A stretch of 64,000 bases of DNA from Planctomycetota bacterium (GCA_965223545.1 OZ245006.1:2976001-3040000); one strand, 5' to 3'. Positions 9,321 through 18,643 are shown, numbered from the stretch's first letter. A program made the numbers and translations. The notes: generated by a model from the sequence alone, not told the origin.

Positions 9321-10604
9321 TCACACGATGCCCGCGCCGCTGCCGGTCCGGGCCGGCCGCGCCGCCGCGACTCGCTGTCGGTAGTGGCTGGCGCGGTAGG
9401 TCCACACCGGGTCGATCGCGCCGCCGGCATCGAGGCGGGCCTTGGCCAACAACGCGTCGACGTCGGTGTGGAACGCGGCCTTCAGCGTCCGCATCGCCAT
9501 CACGGCGTCGTTGCTCTCCTGATAGAACGCCAGCGCGTCCCGATCCACGAGCAACGCCTTGACGAACGCCCGCTGCACCTCGATCGCGCTCACCATGAGC
9601 GACTCGATCGGATCGGTGACGTTGTGGGATTGGTCGAGCATGTAGGCCGGCGCGAAGTCCGACCCCAGCTCGGCGGCGGCATCGACGAGTTCGCAGAACA
9701 CCAAGAAGAGCTGGTAGGGCTGGATCGACCCCGCGTCCAGGTCGTCGTCGCCGTACTTGCTGTCGTTGAAGTGGAATCCACCCAGCTTGCCGAACTGGAC
9801 CAAGCGGGCGACGACCATCTCGATGTTGACCGTGGGCGCATGGTGGCCGAGGTCGACCAGGCACAGACAGCGGTCGCCCACCTGCGCGGCACACCAGGAG
9901 CTGGTGCCCCAATCGTGGTTGACCGTCGAGTAGAAGGCGGGCTCGAACAGCTTGTGCTCGAGGAACATGCGCCAGTCGGCGGGAAGACCGGCGTAGATCG
10001 TCCGCAGGCTCTCGATGTAGCGCTCGCACGCCCGCCGAAAGTGTTGCTGCCCGGGGAAGTTGCTGCCGTCGGCCAGCCACACGGTCAACGCGGTCGAGCC
10101 CAGCTCACGACCGATCGCCACGCACTCGAGGTTGTGCGCGATGGCCTGCTCGCGCACCGCGGCATCGGTGTGCGTCAAGCTGCCGAACTTGTAGCTCTCG
10201 GCTTGCCCCGGCTGGTCCTGAAAGGTGTTGGAGTTCACGGCGTCGAACCCCAGCCCGCGATCCCGCGCGTGCTCCCGCAGCGCGCTCAGGTCGCCGGTGA
10301 CGTCCCAGGGGATGTGCAGGGAAACGTCGGGGGTGATTCGCGTCAGCTGTTGGACGACGGCGCAGTCGTCGAGCTTCTCGAACACGTCGCGCGGTTCGCC
10401 CGGCTGTGGAAAGCGAGCGAACCGCGTGCCGCCGGTGCCCACGCCCCACGACGGCAGCGCCACGCCGAAGTCGGCCGCGCGCGCCAGCAGATCGTCGAAG
10501 CTCAGGTTGCGCCGCGCCAGCTGCATTCCCAAGTGCGCACAGTCCTGCTCGATCTGCGCCCGCAGCGCGCGGTTCTGCTCCGCTACCAGGTCGGCGTCGA
10601 TCAT
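9321..10604 (-). CDS. rhaI: L-rhamnose isomerase (RhaI, Pseudomonas stutzeri/actinobacterial type)
   Basis: PSWGVGTGGTRFARF, LHIPWD, NSNTFQD, EHKLFEP, DLGHH, HFNDSKYGDDDLD and DQSHN motifs. Confidence 0.92.
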   Translation of the reverse strand: MIDADLVAEQNRALRAQIEQDCAHLGMQLARRNLSFDDLLARAADFGVALPSWGVGTGGTRFARFPQPGEPRDVFEKLDDCAVVQQLTRITPDVSLHIPWDVTGDLSALREHARDRGLGFDAVNSNTFQDQPGQAESYKFGSLTHTDAAVREQAIAHNLECVAIGRELGSTALTVWLADGSNFPGQQHFRRACERYIESLRTIYAGLPADWRMFLEHKLFEPAFYSTVNHDWGTSSWCAAQVGDRCLCLVDLGHHAPTVNIEMVVARLVQFGKLGGFHFNDSKYGDDDLDAGSIQPYQLFLVFCELVDAAAELGSDFAPAYMLDQSHNVTDPIESLMVSAIEVQRAFVKALLVDRDALAFYQESNDAVMAMRTLKAAFHTDVDALLAKARLDAGGAIDPVWTYRASHYRQRVAAARPARTGSGAGIV

Positions 10605-10635
10605 CAATGGATCTTATCGGCGCCCGCGCCGCCCT

Positions 10636-12696
10636 TCAGCGCGGGAAAGCGGCGGCGTTGCCGGCGTCGACGTTGAGAATATTGGCAGTCGACTTGGCCG
10701 AGGCGTCGCCGGCAAACCACAGCACGGCCTCGGCGATGTCGTCGGGCAGCACGTCGCGCTTCAGCAGACTGCGCGCGCGGTAGTGCTCCTCGAGCTGGTC
10801 CTCGCCGATCGAGTAGGCAGCGGCGCGCGCTGCCCGCCACTCGCCACTCCAGATCTTGGAGCCGCGCAGCACCGCGTCCGGATTGACCACGTTTGCCCGG
10901 ATCCCGTGCGCGGCGCCCTCCAGCGCGATGCAGCGGGCGAGGTGCAGCTCGGCGGCCTTGGCGGTGCAGTACGCCGCGGCGTTGGGCGATGCGGCCATCC
11001 CGTTCTTGCTGCCGACGAAGACGATCGACCCACCGAGCTCCTGCGCCAGCATCACCTTGTAGGCCTCGCGGGCCACCAGGAAGTAGCCGGTCGCGAGCAC
11101 GTCGATGTTCTTCTGCCACAGCGCGAGGCTGGTCTGCTGCAGCGGCGCGGACGAGGCCAGGCCGGCGCAGCACACCGCGACATCCAGACCGCCGAACTCG
11201 AGCACCGCCCGTTCCACCATGCCGGCGACAGCGCTCTCGTCGGTCACGTCGCCGGCCACCGCGCGCACTTGGTCAGCGCCGAACTCGGCCGCCAGCTCTG
11301 TCCGAGCCCGCTCCAGACCATCCGCGTCGACATCGGTCAGCACGACGCACGCCTTCTCCTCCACCAGCCTACGGGCCACTGCCGCGCCGATCCCCCCCGC
11401 ACCACCGGTGACCAACGCCACACGCCGCGACATCGACTTCTCGGCAGGCATGCGCCGGAGCTTGGCCTCCTCCAGCGCCCAATACTCGATGTCGAACGCC
11501 TCCTGCTGCTCCAGCCCGCGATACTCCGTCAGCAGCTCCGCACCGCGCATCACCTGGATCGCGTTGCCGTAGAACTCCGCGGCCTGCCGCGCCGTCGCCT
11601 TGTCCTTGGCAAGGCTGAACATGCCGACCCCCGGCACCAGCACCACGACCGGAAAGGGATCGCGCATCGGCGGCGAGCCCGGCTGCTTGCAGCGCTCGTA
11701 GTACGCGGTGTAACGCGCCGAGTACTCCCCGAGCTGTTCGTCCAGAGAAGCGCGGTCGGCGACGAACAGGGGCCAGATCTTGGTGCGCAGGAAGTGGTCC
11801 GGGCAGCTGGTACCGATGTCGGCCATGGCGCGCCCGCGTTCGGAGCCGACGAACTCGAGCACGGCGGGGTCGTCGGTGAAGTGCGCGATCTTGCGCTCAC
11901 GCACGCTGAGCTTGCCGCGCAGCGCCGGCAGCAGCTCCACCGCCTCGGCGCGCCGGCGGCTCGGCTCGCGTGCCGGCACGCGGACGGCGCCGAACACCGT
12001 CTTGTTGGTGGCGGCGCGGTCGGCCAAGAACTCGGCAGCCCGGTTGATGATCTGCAGGCTCGTCGCATAGCACTCGGCCGACGACTCGCCCCAGTTGATC
12101 ACGCCGTGGCCCGCCAGGATGATGCCCTCGACCTCCGGGCGCTGCGCGACCTGCTCCGCCAAGCGCAGGCCGAGCTCGAACCCCGGCCGCTTCCAGGGCA
12201 GCCAACCCAGCCGCCCGCCGAAGATCTCCTGCGTCAGCCGCTCGCTGTCCGCTGCCGCAGCGACGGCGATCACCGCGTCGGGATGCAGGTGGTCGACGTG
12301 GCGGTGCGGCAGGTAGGCGTGCAGCGGGGTGTCGATGCTCGCCGGACGGGGGTTGAGGTCGAACGTGCAGTGCGGCAAGTAGCCGACCATCTCATCCTCG
12401 TGCTCGACTCCACGATAGAGCCCCCGGAGAGCTTCCAGCTTGTCCTGGTACAGCGTGGCGAAGCCATCGAGCCCCATGCTGCCGAGGTCGCCGCCCGATC
12501 CCTTGACCCAAAGGACGTCGACCGGCTCACCGGTCAGCGGGTCTGCCGCCCGCACCTTCGCCGACGTGTTGCCGCCGCCGAAGTTGGTGATGCGCAGGTC
12601 GGATCCCAACAGGTTGGACCGGTAGCGCAGCAGCTCGGGCTCCGTCATCCCCACGCAATCGGCCTCGTTCCACTTGCTCGCGATCGAATCGTGCAT
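10636..12696 (-). CDS. rhaD: Bifunctional rhamnulose-1-phosphate aldolase / lactaldehyde dehydrogenase (RhaEW, YuxG-like)
   Basis: The N-terminal class II aldolase has GGGNTSAK, VKGSG, SIDTPLH, HLHPD and CPDHFLRTK. After EYWALEEAKL comes a C-terminal SDR with TGGAGGIG, YCTAKAA and NVDAG. Confidence 0.92.
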   Translation of the reverse strand: MHDSIASKWNEADCVGMTEPELLRYRSNLLGSDLRITNFGGGNTSAKVRAADPLTGEPVDVLWVKGSGGDLGSMGLDGFATLYQDKLEALRGLYRGVEHEDEMVGYLPHCTFDLNPRPASIDTPLHAYLPHRHVDHLHPDAVIAVAAAADSERLTQEIFGGRLGWLPWKRPGFELGLRLAEQVAQRPEVEGIILAGHGVINWGESSAECYATSLQIINRAAEFLADRAATNKTVFGAVRVPAREPSRRRAEAVELLPALRGKLSVRERKIAHFTDDPAVLEFVGSERGRAMADIGTSCPDHFLRTKIWPLFVADRASLDEQLGEYSARYTAYYERCKQPGSPPMRDPFPVVVLVPGVGMFSLAKDKATARQAAEFYGNAIQVMRGAELLTEYRGLEQQEAFDIEYWALEEAKLRRMPAEKSMSRRVALVTGGAGGIGAAVARRLVEEKACVVLTDVDADGLERARTELAAEFGADQVRAVAGDVTDESAVAGMVERAVLEFGGLDVAVCCAGLASSAPLQQTSLALWQKNIDVLATGYFLVAREAYKVMLAQELGGSIVFVGSKNGMAASPNAAAYCTAKAAELHLARCIALEGAAHGIRANVVNPDAVLRGSKIWSGEWRAARAAAYSIGEDQLEEHYRARSLLKRDVLPDDIAEAVLWFAGDASAKSTANILNVDAGNAAAFPR

Positions 12697-12699
12697 CGT

Positions 12700-13233
12700 T
12701 CAGGCTCCCGCGTCGACGACGACGTGCAGGGCGCGGGGACCGTGCACGCCTATGACCAGCGTCAGCTCTATATCGGCAGTCCGCGAAGGTCCGGTGATGA
12801 AGGTCACCGCTCGCGGGGGCAGGCCGGTGTCGGGGTCCGCCAGGCCGGCAAAGGCATCGTCGAGGGTGTCGACGATGGCGGAGGCCGGCAGCACGGCGAC
12901 GTGCGCCTCCGGCAGCAGGGAGACGAGCCGGTGCCGCTCGTGGCTCGAGGCGAGAACCAGAGTCCCGGTCTCCGCGATCCCCAGCTGGGCAGTGCTGATG
13001 CCGGCGTCACATTCCAGCAGCGGCTCGGTTTCGGCAGTGACGCGCACCTCGACGGACGACCGCAAGGACTGCGCGAGCTCGGCGAGGTCGCGCGCGTCAC
13101 TGACGCCGACGCGCCGCGCGCCCAGATCCCGGAGCACCCCGGCGACCGTCTCGCGGATCTGGTCGGCACCCGATGTGACGTGCGCGATGCCGCCGGCGCG
13201 TTCCAGCTGCCGCACGAACTCCTCGACCCTCAC
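12700..13233 (-). CDS. lutC: Lactate utilization protein C (LUD domain)
   Basis: GIAETGTL, RLVSLLP, FITGPSRTADIELTLVIGVHGP; GTG start overlaps the lutB stop. Confidence 0.9.
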   Translation of the reverse strand: MRVEEFVRQLERAGGIAHVTSGADQIRETVAGVLRDLGARRVGVSDARDLAELAQSLRSSVEVRVTAETEPLLECDAGISTAQLGIAETGTLVLASSHERHRLVSLLPEAHVAVLPASAIVDTLDDAFAGLADPDTGLPPRAVTFITGPSRTADIELTLVIGVHGPRALHVVVDAGA

Positions 13234-14654
13234 GGCCCGCCCTCCCGCCGCCACCACCGGCGGAACGACTGGCCCGCCAACGGCCGCAGCTCGCGCCCCG
13301 CGGTCCACGCGCGCAGCGGCCCGACTCGCGGCGGCCGGCCGCAGACTCGCTGCATCAGCCGCGCCATTCCGGTGGCGACCGCGTAGCGCCGCCGCCCCGC
13401 CATGCACCACGCCCACAACCGAAAGCCGAGCCGTTCGCGCCGCCGCTTGCCGCGCGGGATCGAGGCGTCGGCCGACTCGCTGCCGGTGACCTCGCCGCGC
13501 AGATGCAGCAACAGCGCGGGGATGTCGATCTTGACCGGACACACCTCGCGGCAAGCGCCGCACAGGCTGGACGCGAACGGCAGCTGCGCGGTCTTCGCCA
13601 TGCCGGCGAGCTGCGGCGTGATCACCGCACCGATGGGGCCCGGGTAGACCGAACCATACGCGTGCCCACCGATCTGCTGGTAGACCGGACAGGCATTGAG
13701 GCAGGCGCCGCAGCGAATGCACGCCAGCGCCGAGCGCGTCAGCGGATGGTCGAGCATGCGGCGCCGCCCGTTGTCCAACACGACGATGTGCAGCTCGCCC
13801 GGCCCCTCCTCGCCCTGCCGCGCCGGCCCGGTCAACAGCGATTGGTAGCTGGTCAGGTGCTGGCCGGTCCCCGACCGCGGCAACAGCCGCAAGAACGTCG
13901 GCAGGTCCGCGAGCCGCGGCAGCAGCTTCTCGATGCCCATCACCGCGACGTGCACGCGTGGCAACGACGTCGTGAACCGCGCGTTGCCCTCGTTCTCCAG
14001 GACCAGGATGCTGCCGGTCTCGACGATCGCGAAGTTGACACCGCTGATGCCGAGATCGGCCTCCGCAAAGCGCTGGCGCAGGAAGTCGCGCGCCGCGGCG
14101 GTCAACCGGTCCGGCTCGTCGGTCCACGGGATCCCGGTCTTGTCGACGAGCAGCTTGGCGATCTCGTCCCGCGTCTTGTGGATCGCCGGCACGATGATGT
14201 GCGATGGAACCTCGTCGGCCAACTGGATGATCCATTCGCCCAGATCGGTCTCCAGCACCTCGCAACCACGCGCGGCCAACGCCTCGTTGAGCCGGATCTC
14301 CTCGGTGGTCATGCTCTTGCTCTTGACCACCCGGCGCGCCCCCGCGGAATCGGCAATCGCCGCGATGATGTCGTTGGCGGCGACCGCATCGGCCGCGTGA
14401 TGGACGCGTGCGCCGGCGGCCTCGGCACGGGCACAGAACCGCGCCAGCTGTGCCTCGAGATCACCCAGCACCTCGTCCTTAATCGCGCGCGCGCGCGTGC
14501 GCAGCGCTTCCCAGTCCGGGCGCTCGGCGATCGCCGCGGCACGCCGTTCCGCGAACAAGCCGGTCGCGCGGCGCAGCGCCCCGCGCAACCGCTCGTCGCG
14601 CAGCGCTTGGGCGGCGTTCTGGGCGAACCGCTCCGACGGGAGGTGACTGCTCAC
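13230..14654 (-). CDS. lutB: Lactate utilization Fe-S protein B
   Basis: KSKSM, ETDLGE, PSHIIVPAIH, NEGN, CIRCGACLNACP and CGACREVCPVKI; GTG start overlaps the lutA stop. Confidence 0.92.
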   Translation of the reverse strand: MSSHLPSERFAQNAAQALRDERLRGALRRATGLFAERRAAAIAERPDWEALRTRARAIKDEVLGDLEAQLARFCARAEAAGARVHHAADAVAANDIIAAIADSAGARRVVKSKSMTTEEIRLNEALAARGCEVLETDLGEWIIQLADEVPSHIIVPAIHKTRDEIAKLLVDKTGIPWTDEPDRLTAAARDFLRQRFAEADLGISGVNFAIVETGSILVLENEGNARFTTSLPRVHVAVMGIEKLLPRLADLPTFLRLLPRSGTGQHLTSYQSLLTGPARQGEEGPGELHIVVLDNGRRRMLDHPLTRSALACIRCGACLNACPVYQQIGGHAYGSVYPGPIGAVITPQLAGMAKTAQLPFASSLCGACREVCPVKIDIPALLLHLRGEVTGSESADASIPRGKRRRERLGFRLWAWCMAGRRRYAVATGMARLMQRVCGRPPRVGPLRAWTAGRELRPLAGQSFRRWWRREGGP

Positions 14655-15379
14655 GGCGCGGCCTCGGCCAACACCTCGGCCAGGTGCGCGACGCGCACGC
14701 CCGAACCGGTGCGCCGCAACCGGCCGTCGATCTGCATCAGGCAGCTGACGTCGCCGCTCACCACCGCATCCACCCCGGCCCGCTCGACCGCCTGCAGCTT
14801 TGCGTCCAGCATCGCCACGGACAGCTCCGGGTACTTGACCGAGAAGGTGCCACCAAAACCGCAGCAAGACGCCGCCGACTCGACCTCGACCAGCTCGGCG
14901 CCGGCCACAGCCGCCAAGAGCCGGCGCGGTTGGTCCCTGATGCAGAGGTCTCGATGGCCATGGCACGCATCGTGCCACGTCAGTCGGCCGGCGTAGCGCG
15001 CGCCGACGTCCTCGATTCCGCAGACATCCACCAAGAACTGACTCAGCTCGTAGGTCTTGTCGGCGAGGGCGCGCGCCCGCGCCGCCCAGTCGGGCTCATC
15101 GGCGAACAGCGATGCCATGTGGTGCGCCATTGCGGCACACGAGCCCGAGGGCAGAACGATCGCCTCGCACTGCCGGGCTTCGTACGCGGTGATCCAGCGC
15201 CGCGCCAGCTCGGCGGCGTGGGCGCGATAGCCACTGTTGAACGCCGGCTGCCCGCAGCAGGTCTGCGATTCGTCGAAGTCCACGGTGCACCCGAGGCGGC
15301 GCAGCACGGCGACCGCGCCGATGCCGACCGCCGGCCAACACTGATCGACCAAGCAGGTCACGAACAACGACACGCGCAC
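14651..15379 (-). CDS. lutA: Lactate utilization protein A (CCG-domain Fe-S subunit)
   Basis: FVTCLVD, QTCCGQPAFNSG, SGSC, HDACH, CCGFGGTFSVK and DVSCLMQI. Confidence 0.92.
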   Translation of the reverse strand: MRVSLFVTCLVDQCWPAVGIGAVAVLRRLGCTVDFDESQTCCGQPAFNSGYRAHAAELARRWITAYEARQCEAIVLPSGSCAAMAHHMASLFADEPDWAARARALADKTYELSQFLVDVCGIEDVGARYAGRLTWHDACHGHRDLCIRDQPRRLLAAVAGAELVEVESAASCCGFGGTFSVKYPELSVAMLDAKLQAVERAGVDAVVSGDVSCLMQIDGRLRRTGSGVRVAHLAEVLAEAAP

Positions 15380-15482
15380 GACGACGGGCAAGTAGAGGGC
15401 GGCGCCACCGTCGATTCCAGCGGCCGCCGCCGATCGAAAAAGTGCGCCTCCCGGCGCGCGCGGCGCGGCGCCGCCGGGTGAA

Positions 15483-16541
15483 ATGGCGTCGATGATCGAC
15501 ACGCGGAGCGCGGCTGCCTTCCGACCCCCGGCAGATTGGCAACGCGCGGTGACAGTCGATGCGCACACCGGCGGCGAGCCGTTCCGCGTCGTGATCGAGG
15601 GCGCCCCACAGCCACAGGGAGCGACCATGCTCGCCAAACGGCAGTGGGCCGAGAAGCACCTGGACGACCTGCGTGGATGGTTGCTGCTCGAGCCTCGCGG
15701 TCATGCCGACATGTATGGCGGCATCCTGACCGAGCCGGAACGGACCGGCAGCGACGTCGGTGTGCTGTTCGTGCACAACGCGGGGTTCTCGACCATGTGC
15801 GGGCACGGGATCATCGCCCTCACCACGGTGCTGCTGGAGCTCGATCTGCTGCCCGGCGCGGCGCAGCGTGGTGAGCTGGCGATCGACACACCGGCCGGCA
15901 CCGTGCGGGCCCGCCCTCGCTGGCGAGGCTCGCGCGTGCAGAGCGTCGCCTTCGACAACGTGCCCTCGTTCGCCGCGCGACTGGACGCGACCGTCGCGGT
16001 GCCGGAGGTGGGCACGGTGCGCTACGACATCGCGTTCGGCGGCGCGTTCTACGCATTCGTCGAGGCCGCCGACCTCGGCCTGGCGTGCACTCCGCAACAC
16101 GTCCCGGCGCTGATCGACGCGGGCCGGGCGATCAAGCGCGCGATCCAAGCCGACGAAACCGCGCCGATGCAGCACCCGCTCGAGCCCGAGTTGGGGTTCC
16201 TGTACGGAGTGATCTTCACCGCCCCCGCGCCGGCCGCCGGCCTGTTCGGCCGTCACGTGTGCGTGTTCGCCGATGGTGAAGTCGACCGGTCGCCAACCGG
16301 TACCGGGGTCAGCGCGCGCGCTGCTGTGCTGCACGCGCGCGGCGAGCTCGAGCTCGGCTGTGACCTCTCGATCGACAGCATCGTCGGCTCTCGCTTTCGG
16401 GTGCGGGCGGTGCGCGAGACCACTTGTGGCGCGCTACCCGCGGTGGTTCCCGAAGTGGAGGGCAACGCCTGGTTGTGCGGCCGAACCGAGCACTGGTTGG
16501 CCGACGATGACCCGTTTCCACGGGGGTTCTTGCTGCGGTGA
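15483..16541 (+). CDS. Proline racemase family, Cys/Thr type: probable trans-3-hydroxy-L-proline dehydratase
   Basis: DAHTGGEP, EPRGHADMYG, STMCGHG and DRSPTGTG (Thr in place of the second catalytic Cys). Confidence 0.85.
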   Translation: MASMIDTRSAAAFRPPADWQRAVTVDAHTGGEPFRVVIEGAPQPQGATMLAKRQWAEKHLDDLRGWLLLEPRGHADMYGGILTEPERTGSDVGVLFVHNAGFSTMCGHGIIALTTVLLELDLLPGAAQRGELAIDTPAGTVRARPRWRGSRVQSVAFDNVPSFAARLDATVAVPEVGTVRYDIAFGGAFYAFVEAADLGLACTPQHVPALIDAGRAIKRAIQADETAPMQHPLEPELGFLYGVIFTAPAPAAGLFGRHVCVFADGEVDRSPTGTGVSARAAVLHARGELELGCDLSIDSIVGSRFRVRAVRETTCGALPAVVPEVEGNAWLCGRTEHWLADDDPFPRGFLLR

Positions 16542-17506
16542 AGCTGCTGCTGCTCAGTGCCGCCGACATCGAAGCCGCGCTGCCGATGCACCGGTGCGTG
16601 GAGGTGATGAAGCGGGCGTTCGCGGACTTCTCCGCCGGCCGCGCGACCGTGCCGCAGCGCACGCACATCGATGCCGGCGACGGCTCGTTGCTGGTCAAGC
16701 CCGCGTGCATCCCCGGGGTCGGGCTCGGCGCCAAGCTGGTCTCGGTGTTTCCCGGCAACGCCTCCCGCGGGCGACCCGTGACACCCGGCATCGTCGTGCT
16801 GCTGTCGCCCGAGAGCGGCGAGCCCGAGGCCCTGCTCGACGGCACGTTCTTGACCGCGTGGCGTGCGGGAGCGGCCTCCGGCGCGGCGACCGACCTGATC
16901 GCCGCCAACGACGCGGCCGTCGGTGCGGTGATCGGCGCCGGTGGCCAAGCGCGGACGCAAGTGCTGGCCATCGACGCCGTGCGCGCGCTCCGCGAGATCA
17001 GGGTGTACGCGCGCACACCGGCGCGAGTGGAGGCCATGATCGAGGAGCTGCAACCGCGCGTGCGAGCGCGCCTGACCGCGGCTGCATCGCCGCGCGCGGC
17101 GCTCGCCGGAGCACAGATCGTTTGCACCGCGACGACGTCTCGGGCGCCCGTGTTTCCGGACGACGCGCTGGCCGCCGGCGCCCACGTCAACGGCATCGGC
17201 AGCTTCACGGCGACGATGCAAGAGATCGGCAACGCGACGGTGCAGCGGGCAGCGGTGTTCGTCGACTCCCGGGCCTCCGCCGAACTCGAGGCCGGCGACC
17301 TGCTGCACGCCGCCGCGAGCGAGGGGACCGACCCGGCCGACTGGATCGAGCTGGGGGCATGGATCGAGGCCGGCCAACCGGCGGTGCCCAGCGCCGAGAT
17401 CACGCTGTTCAAGTCCGTCGGCCTCGCGGTGCAAGACATCGCCGCCGGTGCCGAGGTCCTGGGTTCCGCGCGTCAGCGGGGCCTGGGCCGGATCGTGGAG
17501 CTGTAG
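16538..17506 (+). CDS. Ornithine cyclodeaminase/mu-crystallin family; probable delta1-pyrroline-2-carboxylate reductase
   Basis: KLVSVFPGN, LTAWR, GAGGQA, HVNGIGS and FKSVG; translationally coupled to the dehydratase. Confidence 0.8.
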   Translation: MKLLLLSAADIEAALPMHRCVEVMKRAFADFSAGRATVPQRTHIDAGDGSLLVKPACIPGVGLGAKLVSVFPGNASRGRPVTPGIVVLLSPESGEPEALLDGTFLTAWRAGAASGAATDLIAANDAAVGAVIGAGGQARTQVLAIDAVRALREIRVYARTPARVEAMIEELQPRVRARLTAAASPRAALAGAQIVCTATTSRAPVFPDDALAAGAHVNGIGSFTATMQEIGNATVQRAAVFVDSRASAELEAGDLLHAAASEGTDPADWIELGAWIEAGQPAVPSAEITLFKSVGLAVQDIAAGAEVLGSARQRGLGRIVEL

Positions 17507-17608
17507 AGCTTTTTTTGGTTTGACGCCTGACGCGACGGCCCGGCCGGCGGTCCAACCAGTGGACGGCCACGCTCTGCCCGGGCGGAGGCCACTACCGAGA
17601 GAGGTCCG

Positions 17609-18643
17609 ATGCTGAACCCCACTCCGTGGCTCGCCGCTGTCCTGGCGGCCACCCATCTCGGCGCCCAGCCCCAGCTCGTGGTGCCCACTCGCGCGCCGAC
17701 GCCGGCCACCTGCATGGCGAAGCCGGAGAAACCATCGCCGGCGTCCACCGAGGCCCGCGCGTTCCTGCGCACGCGGGTCGCGAACCGAACGCTCAACAAG
17801 GCGATCAAGACCGTCGCCAAGCGCCTGCACTGGCACGACGATCTCGACGCCGCGCTCGGCGCCGCCGACAACCAGACCAAGCCCGTGCTCTGGATCCACG
17901 CGCTGGGCACGCTGACCGGTTACACCTGAAGCGCGGCGCAAAGCCTGAGGGGCGTGTCCCTTCCCGACGATCGAGTTCTCGAGCTCCTCGCCAGCGATTT
18001 CGTCGTCGGCTGGCACAACATCGAGCGCGAGGACTACACCGGCAAATCGCGGGGCTACCACCGCGGCCAGACCGCCGTCGGCACGACCAACGGCGCGGGT
18101 GGTCGCAACGTCCAGCTGTTCGTCCTGGCCCCCGACTCGACCGTGCTGCACGCCCTGCCGGGGTTCTGGCACCCGGACGACCTGCACGACGAGCTGCGGT
18201 TCGCCCTCATCGTCCACCGGCTGTGGCAGGATCCCGGGCGCGATCTCGAGGCCAAGCGCGCCCTCCTGGAGCAGCTGCGCGCCTACCACATGCGCACCCG
18301 CTCCGAACTCACCGCGGCGCGGAGCCAGTGGCAGTCGTTCGATCGCAACACCGAGCTGCGCCGCCACCGGACGGCGGCCCGCGACACGGTCGACCCGACG
18401 CAGTCCGGGCCGCGGCTGAAACCGCTGCACGTCGTCGTCCATGAGCGGGTGGCAATGCAAGCCCTGGTGCCGTTCGCCGACTTCGACATCGAGGCCCTGG
18501 TGGACTACGGCCAGCACCACTACGACAACAACCGGGGCATCGATCGGCCGGGCCGCCCGTTCTACGTGATGGAGCGGCTGAGCGCGGCACGCGCGCAGGC
18601 CCAGCGCCGGGCCGAGCGGCGCGCGCGGCGCCGCGGCGAGTAG
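17609..18643 (+). CDS. Putative exported thioredoxin-fold selenoprotein (344 aa, Sec107 encoded by TGA 17927-17929), SelenoN-like active-site region; otherwise two split ORFs 17609-17929 and 17954-18643
   Basis: The two ORFs are in the same frame with one intervening TGA. Read-through gives KPVLWIHALGTLTGYT-U-SAAQSLRGVSLPDDRVLELLASDFVVGW...FVLAPDSTVLHALPGFWHPDDL, a continuous thioredoxin-like pattern. Signal peptide, AGAGG RBS and a downstream hairpin are present. Confidence 0.75.
17930..17963 (+). promoter_or_regulatory. Candidate bacterial SECIS element
   Basis: Hairpin AGGGG-CGUG-UCCCU (17948-17961) with a G/GU-containing apical loop 24-27 nt after the UGA. Confidence 0.5.

Noticed and set aside
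10225..13386. 1053-aa plus-strand ORF
   Set aside because: Antisense shadow of rhaI/rhaEW/lutC with no motifs; typical of high-GC DNA.
17498..17518. Possible intrinsic terminator after the OCD-family gene
   Set aside because: A T-tract is present, but the stem is only 4-5 bp and overlaps the stop codon; too weak to call.
17927..17929. Genome-wide UGA reassignment (Trp/Gly) as the explanation for the in-frame TGA
   Set aside because: Many genes here end in TGA at family-typical C-termini with ATGA/GTGA coupling, and Trp is encoded by TGG.
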